From Octopus sinensis (Eukaryota), in assembly GCF_006345805.1 (NCBI RefSeq), contig NC_043004.1, forward strand, positions 62,186,001 through 62,250,000: a stretch of DNA of 64,000 nt. Reading direction: 5' to 3'. A program made the position numbers and the translations under genes. The notes under the pieces are model-generated. The model had not been told where the DNA came from. It did no database searches and saw only the letters and a program-made list of their open reading frames with translations. Positions 29,201-42,390 of this stretch are shown one piece after another. How positions within the stretch are numbered: the first letter of the stretch is position 1; each line of letters starts with the position of its first letter.

Positions 29201-29652
29201 CGGATTCAATTTGGCTTCGATAAATGTGCAAAAGCTACTTTTATCAACCAAGAACTGAACAAGTATAAAGATCTTGAAATAGCAATTAGCAAAATGTGGA
29301 ACTTCAACTATAAAACAATACCTGTTGTCATAGATGCCCTAGGATTGATAGCAAAAGGGGTTAATTGCTACCTAGCTCAGATACCCGGAAATCCCCAAGT
29401 GGCAGAAATTCAAAAGATGATGTTCATGGGAACTGACCATATTCTACGTAGAATACTGTCTAAGTAATCTCAGATTTTAAAACAAACGCATAATTTTCTT
29501 TTGGTTTCTTAAACATTCTCTAGAACAGCACTATGTACAAAACCAAATATATGGCACCCTAGGCATAACACCAATATGATCTTCTAACTTGTTTCTCTTG
29601 GGTGAGACTTGGATCTAACTTGTACAAAGGCAAAGCAAAAGTCAAACATGAA
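26209..29652 (+). mobile_element. R4/Dong-clade LINE, decayed, with an internal deletion after the RT core
   Basis: Frameshifted RT motifs (KWKSPGNDKIPNFWL; GSYGCKDQLFINKMILED; FQGDSLSPPLFCLAL; FKDDLNLFAK), C-terminal KYKDLEIAISKMW...TIPVVIDALG, then a 3' UTR ending at TAA repeats. Confidence 0.85.
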
Positions 29653-29820
29653 ATAATAATAATGATATTTTAAAAAAGATTGGCGTAACTCTTCCCAAAG
29701 GTAAACAGACAAGACAAATGCAGTAGATATTTTATTGTTTGAATAATATTTCGACAGCAAACATGTCTTCGTTGAGTTCAAAATAATTATGAACGATTAT
29801 TCTCTGAAACAATACTAAGT

Positions 29821-29930
29821 GGAAGACACCTTAGGCATAACAACAACATGAACTTCTAACTTGTTTTCTCTTGAGAACTCTGGGTGAGACTTGGCGTCAA
29901 CTTGTACAAATACAAAGCTGAAGTCAAACA
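29821..29930 (+). mobile_element. Isolated R4/Dong-type 3' UTR end followed by (TAA)n
   Basis: cacc(t)taggcataac...gaacttctaacttg...gggtgagacttgg...aagtcaaaca, matching 29555-29650 and 25970-26040. Confidence 0.8.
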
Positions 29931-29947
29931 TAATAACAATAATAATA

Positions 29948-30002
<55 letters not shown>

Positions 30003-30003
<1 letters not shown>

Positions 30004-30325
30004 GTCGTTTGCTTGGTGCAGAGGTTGCAGGCTGCTTTTCAAGTCAAACTCTTAGCTCCAAGCACCCAATGAAGCAGGCGGCCTGTGGCGGGTCAGCACC
30101 TTATTAACTGGGGGCTGCCCAGCTTGAGGTGGGCAGTAGCTAACCAATAGGAACCAGCCAGGGACAGTCTTCGCTACATTTGCAGTACCTGCCAGAGGGA
30201 GTGTTTGTCCCGGATAGGACTACACAGCAACAGCAGGAAATGTATCAGGACATGAAATGTAAAAGCCGGACTAGACTATTTTATGCGCAACTCCATTACC
30301 TCCCGAGACCAAAAGGATGCCAACC

Positions 30326-30326
<1 letters not shown>
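30003..30326. mobile_element. Unclassified GC-richer insert between (TAA)n arrays, possibly a LINE 5' UTR on the minus strand
   Basis: Sharp compositional boundaries and an internal hairpin ctgccca-gcttgagg-tgggcag. No recognisable protein. Confidence 0.35.
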
Positions 30327-30400
<74 letters not shown>

Positions 30401-30423
30401 AATAATAGTAGTAGTAATAATAT

Positions 30424-30933
30424 AACTGATTGGAAGTGTTATAAGTTACATTGTTTTGTCTTCCTATAAAAAAATTGGGCTACATGAAATATTCTGCTCA
30501 ATATCACAGATTTGCTTGAGAGTTGTTTGACGTTTAGCAGTTGAGCATCTCCTTTAGTGACTGAGGACATGTGCATCTCCGATCACGAACAGAACTAGTG
30601 GGGGAGCATCATAGCTAGGTGTTTAGAGGAATTTTGGTGGGGGTGAATAATTCACCTCTGGAAACATGGGTGTTTCGTTCAACATCCTTAAACAAGTCTT
30701 ATTGAAAGACCATTCGAGTCGGATGAGCTACTCGACCGGAAGAGAATTCTAGATGGGACCCACTTGCAAGGTAATGAGCTGTTTATCTTGATAAGACATC
30801 ACCATGTCACGCTCATATAGTTGTGGTGCCTGTGCCTGGTATGCCCTTATCAGACGGGTAACCATGATGGCTATACTGGGCTTCGTATATTTTACCCCAG
30901 TGTCACTTTGATGGAATGCTCTGCTTTCACTCT
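30424..30933 (+). mobile_element. TAA-flanked non-coding retroposon, copy A (5'-truncated)
   Basis: Collinear with 31367-31846 and, reversed, with 33121-33655. Ends at (TAA)n. Confidence 0.8.
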
Positions 30934-30936
30934 AAC

Positions 30937-30977
<41 letters not shown>

Positions 30978-31004
30978 GTAATCTTTTTCTATTATAAGCA
31001 CAAG

Positions 31005-31290
31005 GCCTACATTTCTTTGAAGGAGGGGACCAATCACTTACATCGACGCCAGTGTTTCATTGACACTTAATTTACAGACCTAGAAGTATGAAATGCAAAG
31101 TCGAACTTGGCGGAACTTGAACTCAGAACGAAGTGACGGCTGAAATACCGCTAACCATTTTATCCTGCGTGTTAACTATTCTGATATTAAATCGACCCCA
31201 GCACACAAATGATACTCACTTTATCGACCCCGAAATGATGGAAGTTATAGTCAACCTCGTTGGAATTTAAACGCAAACTCCTGGTAATTA
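31005..31290 (-). mobile_element. Two adjacent tRNA-SINE fragments
   Basis: aaagtcgaacttggcggaacttgaactcagaacg and tttatcgaccccgaaatgatgg...gtcaacctcgttggaattt are reverse complements of the SINE body. Confidence 0.6.
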
Positions 31291-31307
31291 TTAAGTCCAG
31301 CACCTTA

Positions 31308-31366
<59 letters not shown>

Positions 31367-31367
<1 letters not shown>

Positions 31368-31846
31368 TTTTGTGTTGGTATAAAAGATGGGCTACAGCAA
31401 ACATTCTGCTCAATACCACAGATTTGCTTGTCAGTTGTTTGACCTTAACCAGTTGAGCATGTCCCTTAGTGGCTGACGATATGTGCATCTCTGATCACGA
31501 GCAGAAGTAGTGGGGGAGCATCATAGCCATGTGTTGAGAGGGATTCTTTGGGGTTTGAATAATTCACCTCTGGAAACATGGGTGGTTCTTTCAACATCCT
31601 TAAACAACCTTTATTCAGGGACCTTTTGAGCGGGATGGGCTACTCAACCTGAAGAAAATTCTAACTGGGCCCCACCTGCAAGGTCATGTGCTGTTTATCT
31701 TGATATGAGATCACCATGTCGCGCATATATGGTTGTGATGCATGTGCCTGGTGTACCTTTATCAGAGGGGTAGTCATGATGGGTATATTGGGCTTCGTAT
31801 ATTTTACCCCAGTGTCACTTTGATGGCATGAACTGCTCTCTCACTC
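31367..31846 (+). mobile_element. TAA-flanked non-coding retroposon, copy B (5'-truncated)
   Basis: Ends ctcactc followed by (AAT)n; same family as copies A, C and D. Confidence 0.85.
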
Positions 31847-31907
<61 letters not shown>

Positions 31908-32715
31908 GTATCTACTACAACTAGAAAATCTACATTTTATAAACATCTTACATTTGTTTTTGGTGCATTAATATTTATTACTCTGTAATCAGTTTCTTGT
32001 ATGTTAACAGCATTTATAGCAATAGAGAAAGCAGCGGGATGGTTTTTAGTTAACTAATTTTTTTTTACAAAATATATAAATTATGGCTGGGATAGATAAA
32101 CACAATCAATGCACTGATACTTTTTGACTTACGTAACTGATTGATAAATATAACGGTTAAAACACTCGACGTTCAAGTATAAATCTACAGATTCGAGGAA
32201 GACATTGTCCCATGCTTCCTATGCAAGTCGATGTGAGAATAATTATTGCATTGTTGCGTTGTTTTCAACGTAGCGTCACCATCATTTGACATGTATTTCA
32301 CAGTGCCACAGGAGATCGTTAGTGGCGAATAACAGAGGTTAAATCTTTGGGTCGAAAGCAAAGCATAAAGAGGTGTTCTTTAATGATTTTGCATTTCTTG
32401 GACGAAGATGCTACATTTCCATCAATACCAAATTTATTACATGCAAAGCATTGCAACAGCTAATGCGAGGTCCGTATGTACATTTGAGTCATTTTTACGT
32501 AAAATCGCAAATCTCCCTGGTCGAATAAACACTACCAGGAAATTTTACCAAGTAATTATTACATGGCTTAATGCATGGATTCTTACGAAACTGTTTTTAT
32601 TTGTGATGGTTTGAGGGTTAAAATTTGGCAGATATTTCGATTTCAGGGCTATTTTACAGTTTTGTTTACATCAGTATTGCAAAGTCGGCTACATTGTGGG
32701 CTACAGTTTCCTGTT

Positions 32716-32804
<89 letters not shown>

Positions 32805-32827
32805 TATATATTATTATTACTATTAAA

Positions 32828-33020
32828 GCGGCGAGCTTGCTGAAACGTTAGCGTGCCGGATGAAATGGTTAGCGATGTTTCGTCTGTTCTTTCGTTCTGA
32901 ACTCTAATTCCGCCGAGATCGACTTTACCTTTCATACTTTCTGCGATGTGTACCGGGGTCGATCTAATCGACTGGCCACCTCCCCAAATGTTTCGGGCAA
33001 CGTGTCTAGACTAGAAAACA
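32828..33020 (+). mobile_element. tRNA-derived SINE followed by (TAC)n
   Basis: gcggcgagcttgctgaaacgttagc...gttctgaactctaattccgccgagatcgactttacctttcat...ggggtcgatctaatcgac. Confidence 0.75.
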
Positions 33021-33057
33021 TTGCTGCTACTACTACTACTACTACTACTACTACTAT

Positions 33058-33104
<47 letters not shown>

Positions 33105-33120
33105 TTATTTTCGTTTTATT

Positions 33121-33655
33121 TTGAGTGACAGGATAGTGCATGCCATCAAATGACACTGGGATAAAGTAAACGAAGCCCAATAAACCCATCATGACTACCT
33201 CTCTGATCAGGGTACCCTAGACACATGCTTCACAACCATATGAGCATAATATGGTGATCTCATATCAAGATAAACAGCGCATGGCCTTTCAGATGGGGCC
33301 CAGTTAGAATTTTCTCCAGATCGAGTAGCCCATCCCGCTTAAAAGGACCCTGAAGATGGGCTGTTTGATGATGTCGAACGAAACACCCATGTTCCCAAAT
33401 TTGAATTATCAAAAACCCAAAGAATTTCTCTAAACACATGGCTATGATGCTCCCACACTCCTTCCGCCTGCGATCAGAAATGTACGCATCGGCAACCACT
33501 AAGTGACATGATCAACTGGCAAAAGTCAAACAACTGACAAGCATATCTGTGGTATTGAGCAGGGTGCTCAATACGAAAACAAAACAATGTACATGATAAC
33601 ACGTCCAATCAGTTAAGATCACAAACCATAAAAGCCACCACCTGGTACTGCATCA
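33121..33655 (-). mobile_element. TAA-flanked non-coding retroposon, copy C (near full length)
   Basis: Reverse complement matches copies A and B and extends to tgatgcagtaccagg, the terminus also seen at 63850-63871. Confidence 0.8.
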
Positions 33656-33679
33656 ACTATTATTATTATCATCACCATC

Positions 33680-33725
33680 ATCATCATCATCACCTTCGTT
33701 GTCGTTGTCGTATTTATTATTATTA

Positions 33726-33808
<83 letters not shown>

Positions 33809-33838
33809 GCTGTTGTTGGTGTTGTTGTTGTTGTTATT
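33680..33838. repeat. (ATC)/(TTA)/(TTG)n compound microsatellite
   Basis: Direct reading. Confidence 0.9.
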
Positions 33839-35443
33839 TGGATCTACTAATTTTTACTTCGAATGAAAATCAGAAATCTGCGTAATCACAATAGAGTATA
33901 TTTCCTAAAAAAACGATATATTCATTTTTATTTGCATTAAAGTGTATTTTCACTTCATTAGGATATACCGCAGAAAAGGAAATCATGCATTACCATTATA
34001 GCAACATGTTGGAAGCTTATTTCTTAATCTCAAAGCCACATACTGAGGATAGGATCTCTCTATTTCTTTGACATTATTCAGTAAAATAGCTACTTGTTTT
34101 TCCCTAATGTCTTTTTACGAAAGCTCCGAATCATCTCTGACATTGCTTTCTGCATTAAACGTCTCGAATATTAAACAACACATTTTTATGCTGCTTTCTC
34201 GTTAACCTCGATACGTTTCACGTAGGTTTTCCTGATGTTCTACTTCGTTGAACTCTGGTGCTCTTGTGGCATGATATCTGCTTGCTTCGTTTTGTCAATG
34301 TTCTCTCTTCGTATTTGTCGATCTTCATTTTATTCAAGTGGGTAACTTGCAAGTTTATGTTCAAGCCTGTTGGTTCTTACCTGATAAGTTACATTTAATC
34401 TCCCTCTTTGGGACCAACACCTAATTGTTGTTCTAGCCAATCTGGGAATTCGATTTCTTCTATAAATGCGGATTTGAAATGTGCAATAAAATTGGTAGTG
34501 CAAACAAATTCCAAAAGGGCAAATTAAAGATTATTAAAGATGCCACGAAATGCAAAAGCATTGCTTGCTGCCGCATACACATAGTTTTCACGTACAATAA
34601 AGTGCAGTTGAAAGTGTTTTCGTTCGCAGCTAGTTCAGATAACTTTTGTGGAAACCTTAGTTACGAAGGAATGGAGATATTTACGAACGCTAGTAGGAAT
34701 ATGTTCCCCAGTACACTGTTCGATAGTTAGTCTGATTCACTCTTTTTCCCAGAAGGTGGTTCACCAACATTATATCCACAATTCCAATTCTGTTAACTTA
34801 GATTTCAAAAGGTAGAACTAGGTAGTATATAATAAATTCGATTAAATAAGTTACTACCGCATCGTAGTTTAATGCATATGTAATTGCATGATTGAAGTTT
34901 ATACCTCCCTCGAGGAAAGGTAATTCAAATATTGCAGAATTATTACCCTTATACGTGTCCTTTCTATGTGAAAACAAAACGCACATATTTAATGGCCTAA
35001 TCTGATATGTCCTGTTTATCATAATATTGGAAATTAAGTATTATCAATTGCTAATTCCGATAGTCCTGTGCATTGTTATAGTGTTAAAAGCAAGCGAAGA
35101 AGCGTGGCATTAGAATCTCGCTAATGCCACACTATAAAGCTTTGCAAAAAACAAAGACGTTTGGATAATTGCGGTGAAGAGAGACCCAAACCAGACTAAC
35201 ACATTAGGTTGGCATATAACCTTTACTTTGAAATATTAAAAAAAAAAACGGTGTTAATATTTATATTCAGAAAGATAGCTATGGAACTACTTGCATGCAC
35301 ATTACTCACTCCTTTATATTTACACGTCCATACATACATAAAAACATACTTACATCAAGACATAATTACATAAATACACACATATACACACACACGCACA
35401 CACATACACACACTCACACACACACAAACACACACACACACAC

Positions 35444-35511
<68 letters not shown>

Positions 35512-35529
35512 CATACATATAAGCGATAT

Positions 35530-35724
35530 GACCACTAGGTGGACATCCAATATGCTAAATGTAGACTCCATATGGTCTGACCACTAAGAAAACATTGCTC
35601 TCAAGAAAATTCAGCAAACGCCAGAACCTTCTGGTTTTGTCGAATTTTCTTGAGAGCAATTTTTTCTTAGTTGTCAGACCATATGAGGTCTACATTTAGC
35701 ATATTGGATGTCCTCCTAGTCGTC
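35530..35724. repeat. Near-perfect hairpin of about 195 bp (arms about 97 bp, 2-nt loop), MITE-like
   Basis: gaccactaggtggacatccaatatgctaaatgtagac...ccagaa-cc-ttctgg...gtctacatttagcatattggatgtcctcctagtcgtc. Confidence 0.9.
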
Positions 35725-35844
35725 AAGCCTCTTATATGCATGTAACGTATTTTTTCTGAATCTTCAGATTTCTTTCAGTATGCTTGGCCACTTGTTTAAA
35801 TTGATATTATTCAAATTAATATAAATTTTTTACCCTTATTATTT

Positions 35845-35904
<60 letters not shown>

Positions 35905-37439
35905 AAATATTTGCTATTCATTTGAATTAGGTGCATATGTTGAAGCACCAAATCAGTCCGGTATCATCCTCACAGCTCGAAATAAGGTGAATAAAATCGA
36001 AATAAGGGACAAGATATCAATTTGTGATGCAGTACGAGCGTTTCAAGAGGATTCATTTAATTGAACAATGCAATCATTATATCAATATAAATGCACAAAT
36101 CTATAAATAGAAATTTAACCAGGAGGATACATTAATATAATTTTATTCAAATATTTGAACAGAGTAAGAAGATGCAATAATTTCATGTTACAGCTATTGT
36201 AACAAAGAATAGATGGCACTTCCAAGAATCGCATGAAGCTATTGGGGTCATTATGTTGTAAGGGATTGTAATTCATTTCTAATTTATTTATCTCTTTATC
36301 AACTACTAAATCTAAGGCTAGAAGACTGTGTCTATTTTGAATAAAGGTCCAGAATGAGTTGACAGTTTGTGTCTAGGTATGGTCATAAATATTATCATAT
36401 GTGTCCATTTTCCTCGGGGAGGAAAGAAGACATTAGGAGTAGTCAATTGTATATAAATATCTGTCTATGAATAGAGGCTGCGTTTCGAAAGACTTTAATT
36501 CATGATATTAATTACCAGTTAAAGGGGAATGACGCTAAGAAACCTAAGATGTAAATACAGAAGAAATGTTATCTTGGGGCGCAATGGGTGATTGTTTATA
36601 AACAATATTGTTATGTTGCATGAAAAATAAAATTTAAGATTTTGAAAAATGTTTTCATAACCAAAACACTTCAAATGTGAGTATATGTCAATTATAAACA
36701 TTAAAAACGAAAGATTACATAGAATCAGTTTAATATTTATTCATGTACTTCATTAATTACTTATTTGGTGGTTTCTATAAAGACTACTGAGGGTATGAAA
36801 TAACTAGGAAAATAACCATGATATATATCTATTAATTTTAAGCTGTGAATCAGAAAAAAAGAACAATAAAGATACATGAAGACACACACACATGTATATA
36901 TGTGCACACATCCACACTATACATATACACAAATAATTATATCCTTATATGAATATAGTATAACCATCTTGCATAGATTTAAATAAGTGAAAAATATCTA
37001 ATTAAGAACACAAAAAATAACAATCCTTAAAGGATAAGAGGATAAAAGTTTATGTGCTTATATGCATATATATACATAGTTTAGTCGAAAGGAGACTTGC
37101 ATAATGTCACTGCAAATATACATAAGATCATAGAAATGAAAGCAGTGTAATCACCAAAATAGGATGATGTCAGACTAACTAGACAAGGGTATCATAGGAC
37201 AGTATTATATATAGCACACCACATACCTATAACATATGCAATGCAATTTAATTCACCTTATAACATAATATCACATGTTTTTATTATATTTAATATTAGA
37301 GGGTAAGTTTATGACTGATACGACACCGAAATTAATTTCCACCATCAAAGTTCAAGCATAAAACGCTATGTTTCGGAAATACCTAAATGTACGAACGATG
37401 CTATGCATCCATGCTGCACTTAGGTCTGATGCATTATCA

Positions 37440-39060
37440 ATCAGGTTGTTCTAGTCCCTATACTTAAAAATCTCATAAGTTTCCATAGAGCACAGCTCAA
37501 ACCTATATAAACTACTTCGATAAGGCTGCGCTCTACGTGTTATATCACATTTAAGTCTAAATTCGATCCCTCTCTCCTTCAGTTCTCAAATCTTGCTAGA
37601 TAAGGACACACAATTGGCTTTATATTTCAGTCTAAAAAATGAACAAATGGTTATTGATACTTTTTTCATCTTTGCCGAACATCTTGTATATATAAAGTTA
37701 CCAGACATTGTAACAAACATTGTATCAGTAATCCCTGTGATGTTATAAACTTCAGAGTCACAGTCTCTTTTGTACATATTAGATGTGTTGGTACTGTTAT
37801 TTCTAATTCCTACAACTCCATTAATGTTATTCTCAATGTTGGGGTTTATACTAGCGTTGACAATATTATTATTATTCTTAACTCCTCTTGCCGATTTTAT
37901 AATTTTTCTATTTAACTTAGCTATGATGGTAACCTATAATGGGGAGGGTAGAATACGATATTCTAGCTGTCTTGTGGGAAAATATTCAATTATATATACA
38001 TGGGTAGCAGGGAAGCTTTTTCCCAATTTGCCATAAATTTCTTACATATGTTGGATGTTGGTGGGCATCGTGCAGTCGAAGGGAACATTATACGAAACCA
38101 AATCATTAGTCTTCAGACCTCCTACGTATGTAAGGACGGAATCTACCTACTCTTTTCACTGCCTTCCAAACACGCAACCTGATTATTACATATGACTATA
38201 CTATCAGTATTTTTCTTATTGTTAGAGGGTGGCATAATCCAATCAATCGTCTCACGACATTTATTATTTAAACTACTATTCCTACTGGTTATAGACTCTA
38301 ATTTCCTGTTGCTACTTATCTTATTATTTAAATTGATGGTTTTGTTGGATGCTTTCATTGTAGGTCTGTTTTCCCGACCGCGTAGGCCTGTATTCTCCCT
38401 CTCACTTAAATTCTCATTATTTCTACTATTATTAAGTAATGCACTTTCTGGATTAAGAAAAGTAATTCCGTGTTTGTATCCTGCTTTAGACAAAGGGAAT
38501 TTATAGTGATAGAGTGAGTATCAAAAATGTCTGTATCTGCCGATAATTTCGTAATTCTTTTGGAAATACATTTGACTACTGATTTTAATATATTAGGTGG
38601 GGAGGTGACTTGAGGAGGTGTTCACATACCTCGGAACTTCACTTGGTTTCCTATAGGGGTGGTACAATCCTGAGTTAATGTCTAAAGTAGTATCCAATAA
38701 ATTTTTCACAATTGTGCCATATTCAAAAGTGATTTCTCAGTTGAAGCTTTTAAAAAATTTCTAATTCTTTTTCTCATTCTTTCTGACTGATTGGTTTTTC
38801 GCTAGGGATAAGAAATTGAGCATCGTCTCTGTATAAAGCTCCCTGCTATTCAGGGACTTCACTATTAAGGCACTTTCAGAGATACACACCAACTAGATTA
38901 GTAATTTCTGCCGAATCACAGGAGACCATAGGTATATTGAAAGTATCAGGGGTATCGGCCTCGTCCATAGCTTAATCTCAAATTCTCTGATAATCTTCTG
39001 GGATAAGAGAATAATGCCAATGTAATCCCTAGTTGTGAGAGAGAGATTTTTTTCGAAAAT
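37440..39060 (-). mobile_element. Penelope-like element remnant (RT plus C-terminal GIY-YIG; Naiad-like motifs)
   Basis: Minus strand: MVSCDSAEITNLVGVY (about 38930-38882; cf. MGSYDGAEVCELVGLY), ALYRDD (about 38839-38822), and SFFRLKYKANCVSLSSKI*ELKERGIEFRLKCDITRRAQPY...ELCSME (GIY-YIG C-terminal half). Stops and frameshifts present. Confidence 0.75.
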
Positions 39061-39234
39061 TAGGGAGTTGCTATGAAGAATCGGAGATATGATAGAATAA
39101 TAAGTGTTAATATCAAAGTGAATAAACGAATGATTACGTATTCAAATTGATGTCATGATTGCATTGTTCAATTAAATAGAGCTGCTAGAAAAGGTCGTAC
39201 CACATTACTACTTGAGACCCTGTTGTATATTTTG

Positions 39235-39306
<72 letters not shown>

Positions 39307-39450
39307 TGTGTGTGTATGTGTGTGTGTGTGTTGTGTGTGTGTGTGCATGAAATAGAACATGAATATATGACATTTACATTCATAAAGTTTTCAATATTCA
39401 TTTAAGTAATGTAACCGTGCAGGTCCATATACAACTAATATATGTATATA

Positions 39451-39528
<78 letters not shown>

Positions 39529-39650
39529 CAAAGAGCAATAAAGATTCAAGTTAATTAAAAAAATTTACTTGAATATGGTACCTAACTTAGATGCACCAAA
39601 AAAAAAAAACTATACTGATTTAACAATACAGTAATGTGGGGTGATTATAA

Positions 39651-39783
39651 GCGAGAAAGAAGCAACAAGAATGGATAGGTTTTTAGTACGATCGTTTCAT
39701 ACAAGGACAACTTTTAATAAAACCTGTCCTTGTATGAAACGATCGTACTAAAAACCTATCCATTCTTGTTGCTTCTTTCTCGC
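39651..39783. repeat. Perfect palindrome: 59-bp arms (39651-39709 / 39725-39783) with a 15-bp spacer, ending in (TA)n
   Basis: gcgagaaagaagcaacaagaatggatagg...caaggaca versus tgtccttg...cctatccattcttgttgcttctttctcgc. Confidence 0.92.
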
Positions 39784-41210
39784 GTATATATATATATATA
39801 TGTATGGGACTGTGTATAATAAGCAGATAGTAACCAATTATTTAATCTCCGGCCTAATAGTAGACTTCGATCTGTTGCCGTGTTGTGCATTACAGAAAGG
39901 CGGAGTGATTGCTTCATGGGTAGTTATCTCAGTGCCTACTGTCGTAGATAAGATACGAATAAACCACCCATCCCCATATATGTCAGCCGGAATTAAGGCA
40001 CCTCCACCAGGTATAGAATTAGCAAAAAGTGCATTAATATTTTTTATTGAATTACGTTTCAATTTCTATGACAAACGGAGATTCCAAATCATATTATATT
40101 CGCATTCTGCTATGAGGTTCATATTTTATGGTCTCAACATAAGCAATTCACTCTTACTTACTTATGTATGATTTAATACCAACTAAATCACGTTGCAGTA
40201 AATTCTCAATAAATATTTACTATCTCACATTTTTCTATGATCTTGACATCAAAAGACTCTTAATGTAATTATTGATACCATTTGGGAGAAAGCTATTCCA
40301 ATTAAGTTGTTTATCCACGAAAATGAATGCATTAACAAGAATTTATTAACGTAAACGTGAAGTTTTGTTCGTATTGGTATCGTTGCAATTATATTTCTAG
40401 AATCTATACCATATTTCTAGAATCCATACCGTGCAAGACAATATAATCATATGCTGCTTAATATACCTTGCAGCACAATAAAATTCCCAGTTGATACGAG
40501 TTTTCTATTTCGATGTACTATACGTTTAACAATATCACTATGATTACAATTAAGCTTGAGATTGAAATCCGCGAGCACAAAATTGTATGAAAATTTATAT
40601 AAAAGATATTACATGTTAGTTTATTGTGACTAGAAAATTTGTACATTGTCGAAACAAGCAATAACATCCTTTTTACTTGAAAGGCCTGTATTGCAATTCT
40701 ATCCTTTGTAGTTTGAAATCGAAAAGGCAAATGTTTGCTGTTTGGCTGTCACTTTTCAATTTCTACAACTTTTGTTCAAATATATTTCAGATTTGAAGAG
40801 TTGATATACTTTTGTATGGTAGTCACTGACAAGAAATTCATTTCCTCCATGGATCAATAAATAAAGGGTTAATAGCTTTTAAAGTTTGCAAATTCTGATT
40901 ATTTTTAGCCAATCGATAGTTGCAATATGGGGCGCATCATGCAGAAATCAGATAATATTTGATTTGTTCATAGTTATAAGACCTGCAGCCGTGCAAATTA
41001 TGTTTTCAGAGAGGGTAAAAATTATCAAAATTTAAACCCCTGTAACTTTTCGTAATTTTTTTTCTGGAAAAAGGAATTAACCCATGAGACTCAGCGTCAA
41101 TCAATTACATCAATGCACTAAATTTTAAGGTTTTCAATTAAATATAAAATTTCCACACGAGTAGACAGAGAAAATCCGCTTATTAATCTTGCTATGACTT
41201 AACCATCTAT

Positions 41211-41291
<81 letters not shown>

Positions 41292-41292
41292 A

Positions 41293-41370
<78 letters not shown>

Positions 41371-41492
41371 TTATCTATCTAACTATCTTATATATATTTA
41401 TCTATTATCTATCTATCTTATCTATCTATCTATCTATCTATTTATCTATCTATCTATCGCTATCTATTTATCTATCTAACTATCTATCTATA

Positions 41493-41554
<62 letters not shown>

Positions 41555-41656
41555 CTATTTATCTATCTAACTATCTATCTATATATTTATCTATCTATCT
41601 ATCTATCTATCTATATATCTATCTATCTATTTATCTATCTATATATATATATATAT

Positions 41657-42240
41657 CGCCTCCGTCCTTCAAACTGGAAGGAAGAGCTATTTTCATCATT
41701 CTTGTGGCTATGGCGAAAGAATGTATCTGGTGGACGCGTCTGAAAGGATTGGAGACAAACGCTTTCCTCTATGGTCAATCTCTCACCAACTTCTTCAGGT
41801 ATCACTTGAAAAGGAAAGTGAGAGTAGAGAGGTAAGTTTTGTCTAGCGAATGTTTCAAAGAAAGATGGGTGAATGTAGCAAGGATGGCACGTATGAATGA
41901 CGAAGCCATCTAGAGCATAATCATACGAACATGGACAAATTTAACACAGGGGGTTACTTACTTGCAAACAAATGTGTTAACATGTGACACTATTGACCGA
42001 GGTTACTGTGGTCTTTTCCATAGGCTTTTCTTTCCACGGATAAACCTCATTTGCTTCCCCCTTTACACTTTACATCACGACATTTCTGTGAGACACGATC
42101 CCTATTGATCGTTTTTTTCTTTCCTTTTTACGATCCATTTTGATCAAAAACGTACCCCACTTTTTTTCTCCCCAAAACGAAAAGCACTACGTTGTAATCT
42201 GTCTCGTCTGTGTGTAGCCCTGTGTGGCTAATAAAGAAAT
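41657..42240 (+). mobile_element. 5'-truncated Tx1-clade LINE copy
   Basis: Collinear with 48829-49490, with about 15-17 substitutions over about 270 coding nt by manual count. Ends gtggctaataaagaaa then TATC repeats. Confidence 0.92.
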
Positions 42241-42283
42241 ATATCTATCTTTCTATCTATCTATCTCTCTATCTATCTATCTG

Positions 42284-42318
<35 letters not shown>

Positions 42319-42319
42319 G

Positions 42320-42380
<61 letters not shown>

Positions 42381-42390
42381 ATATATATTA

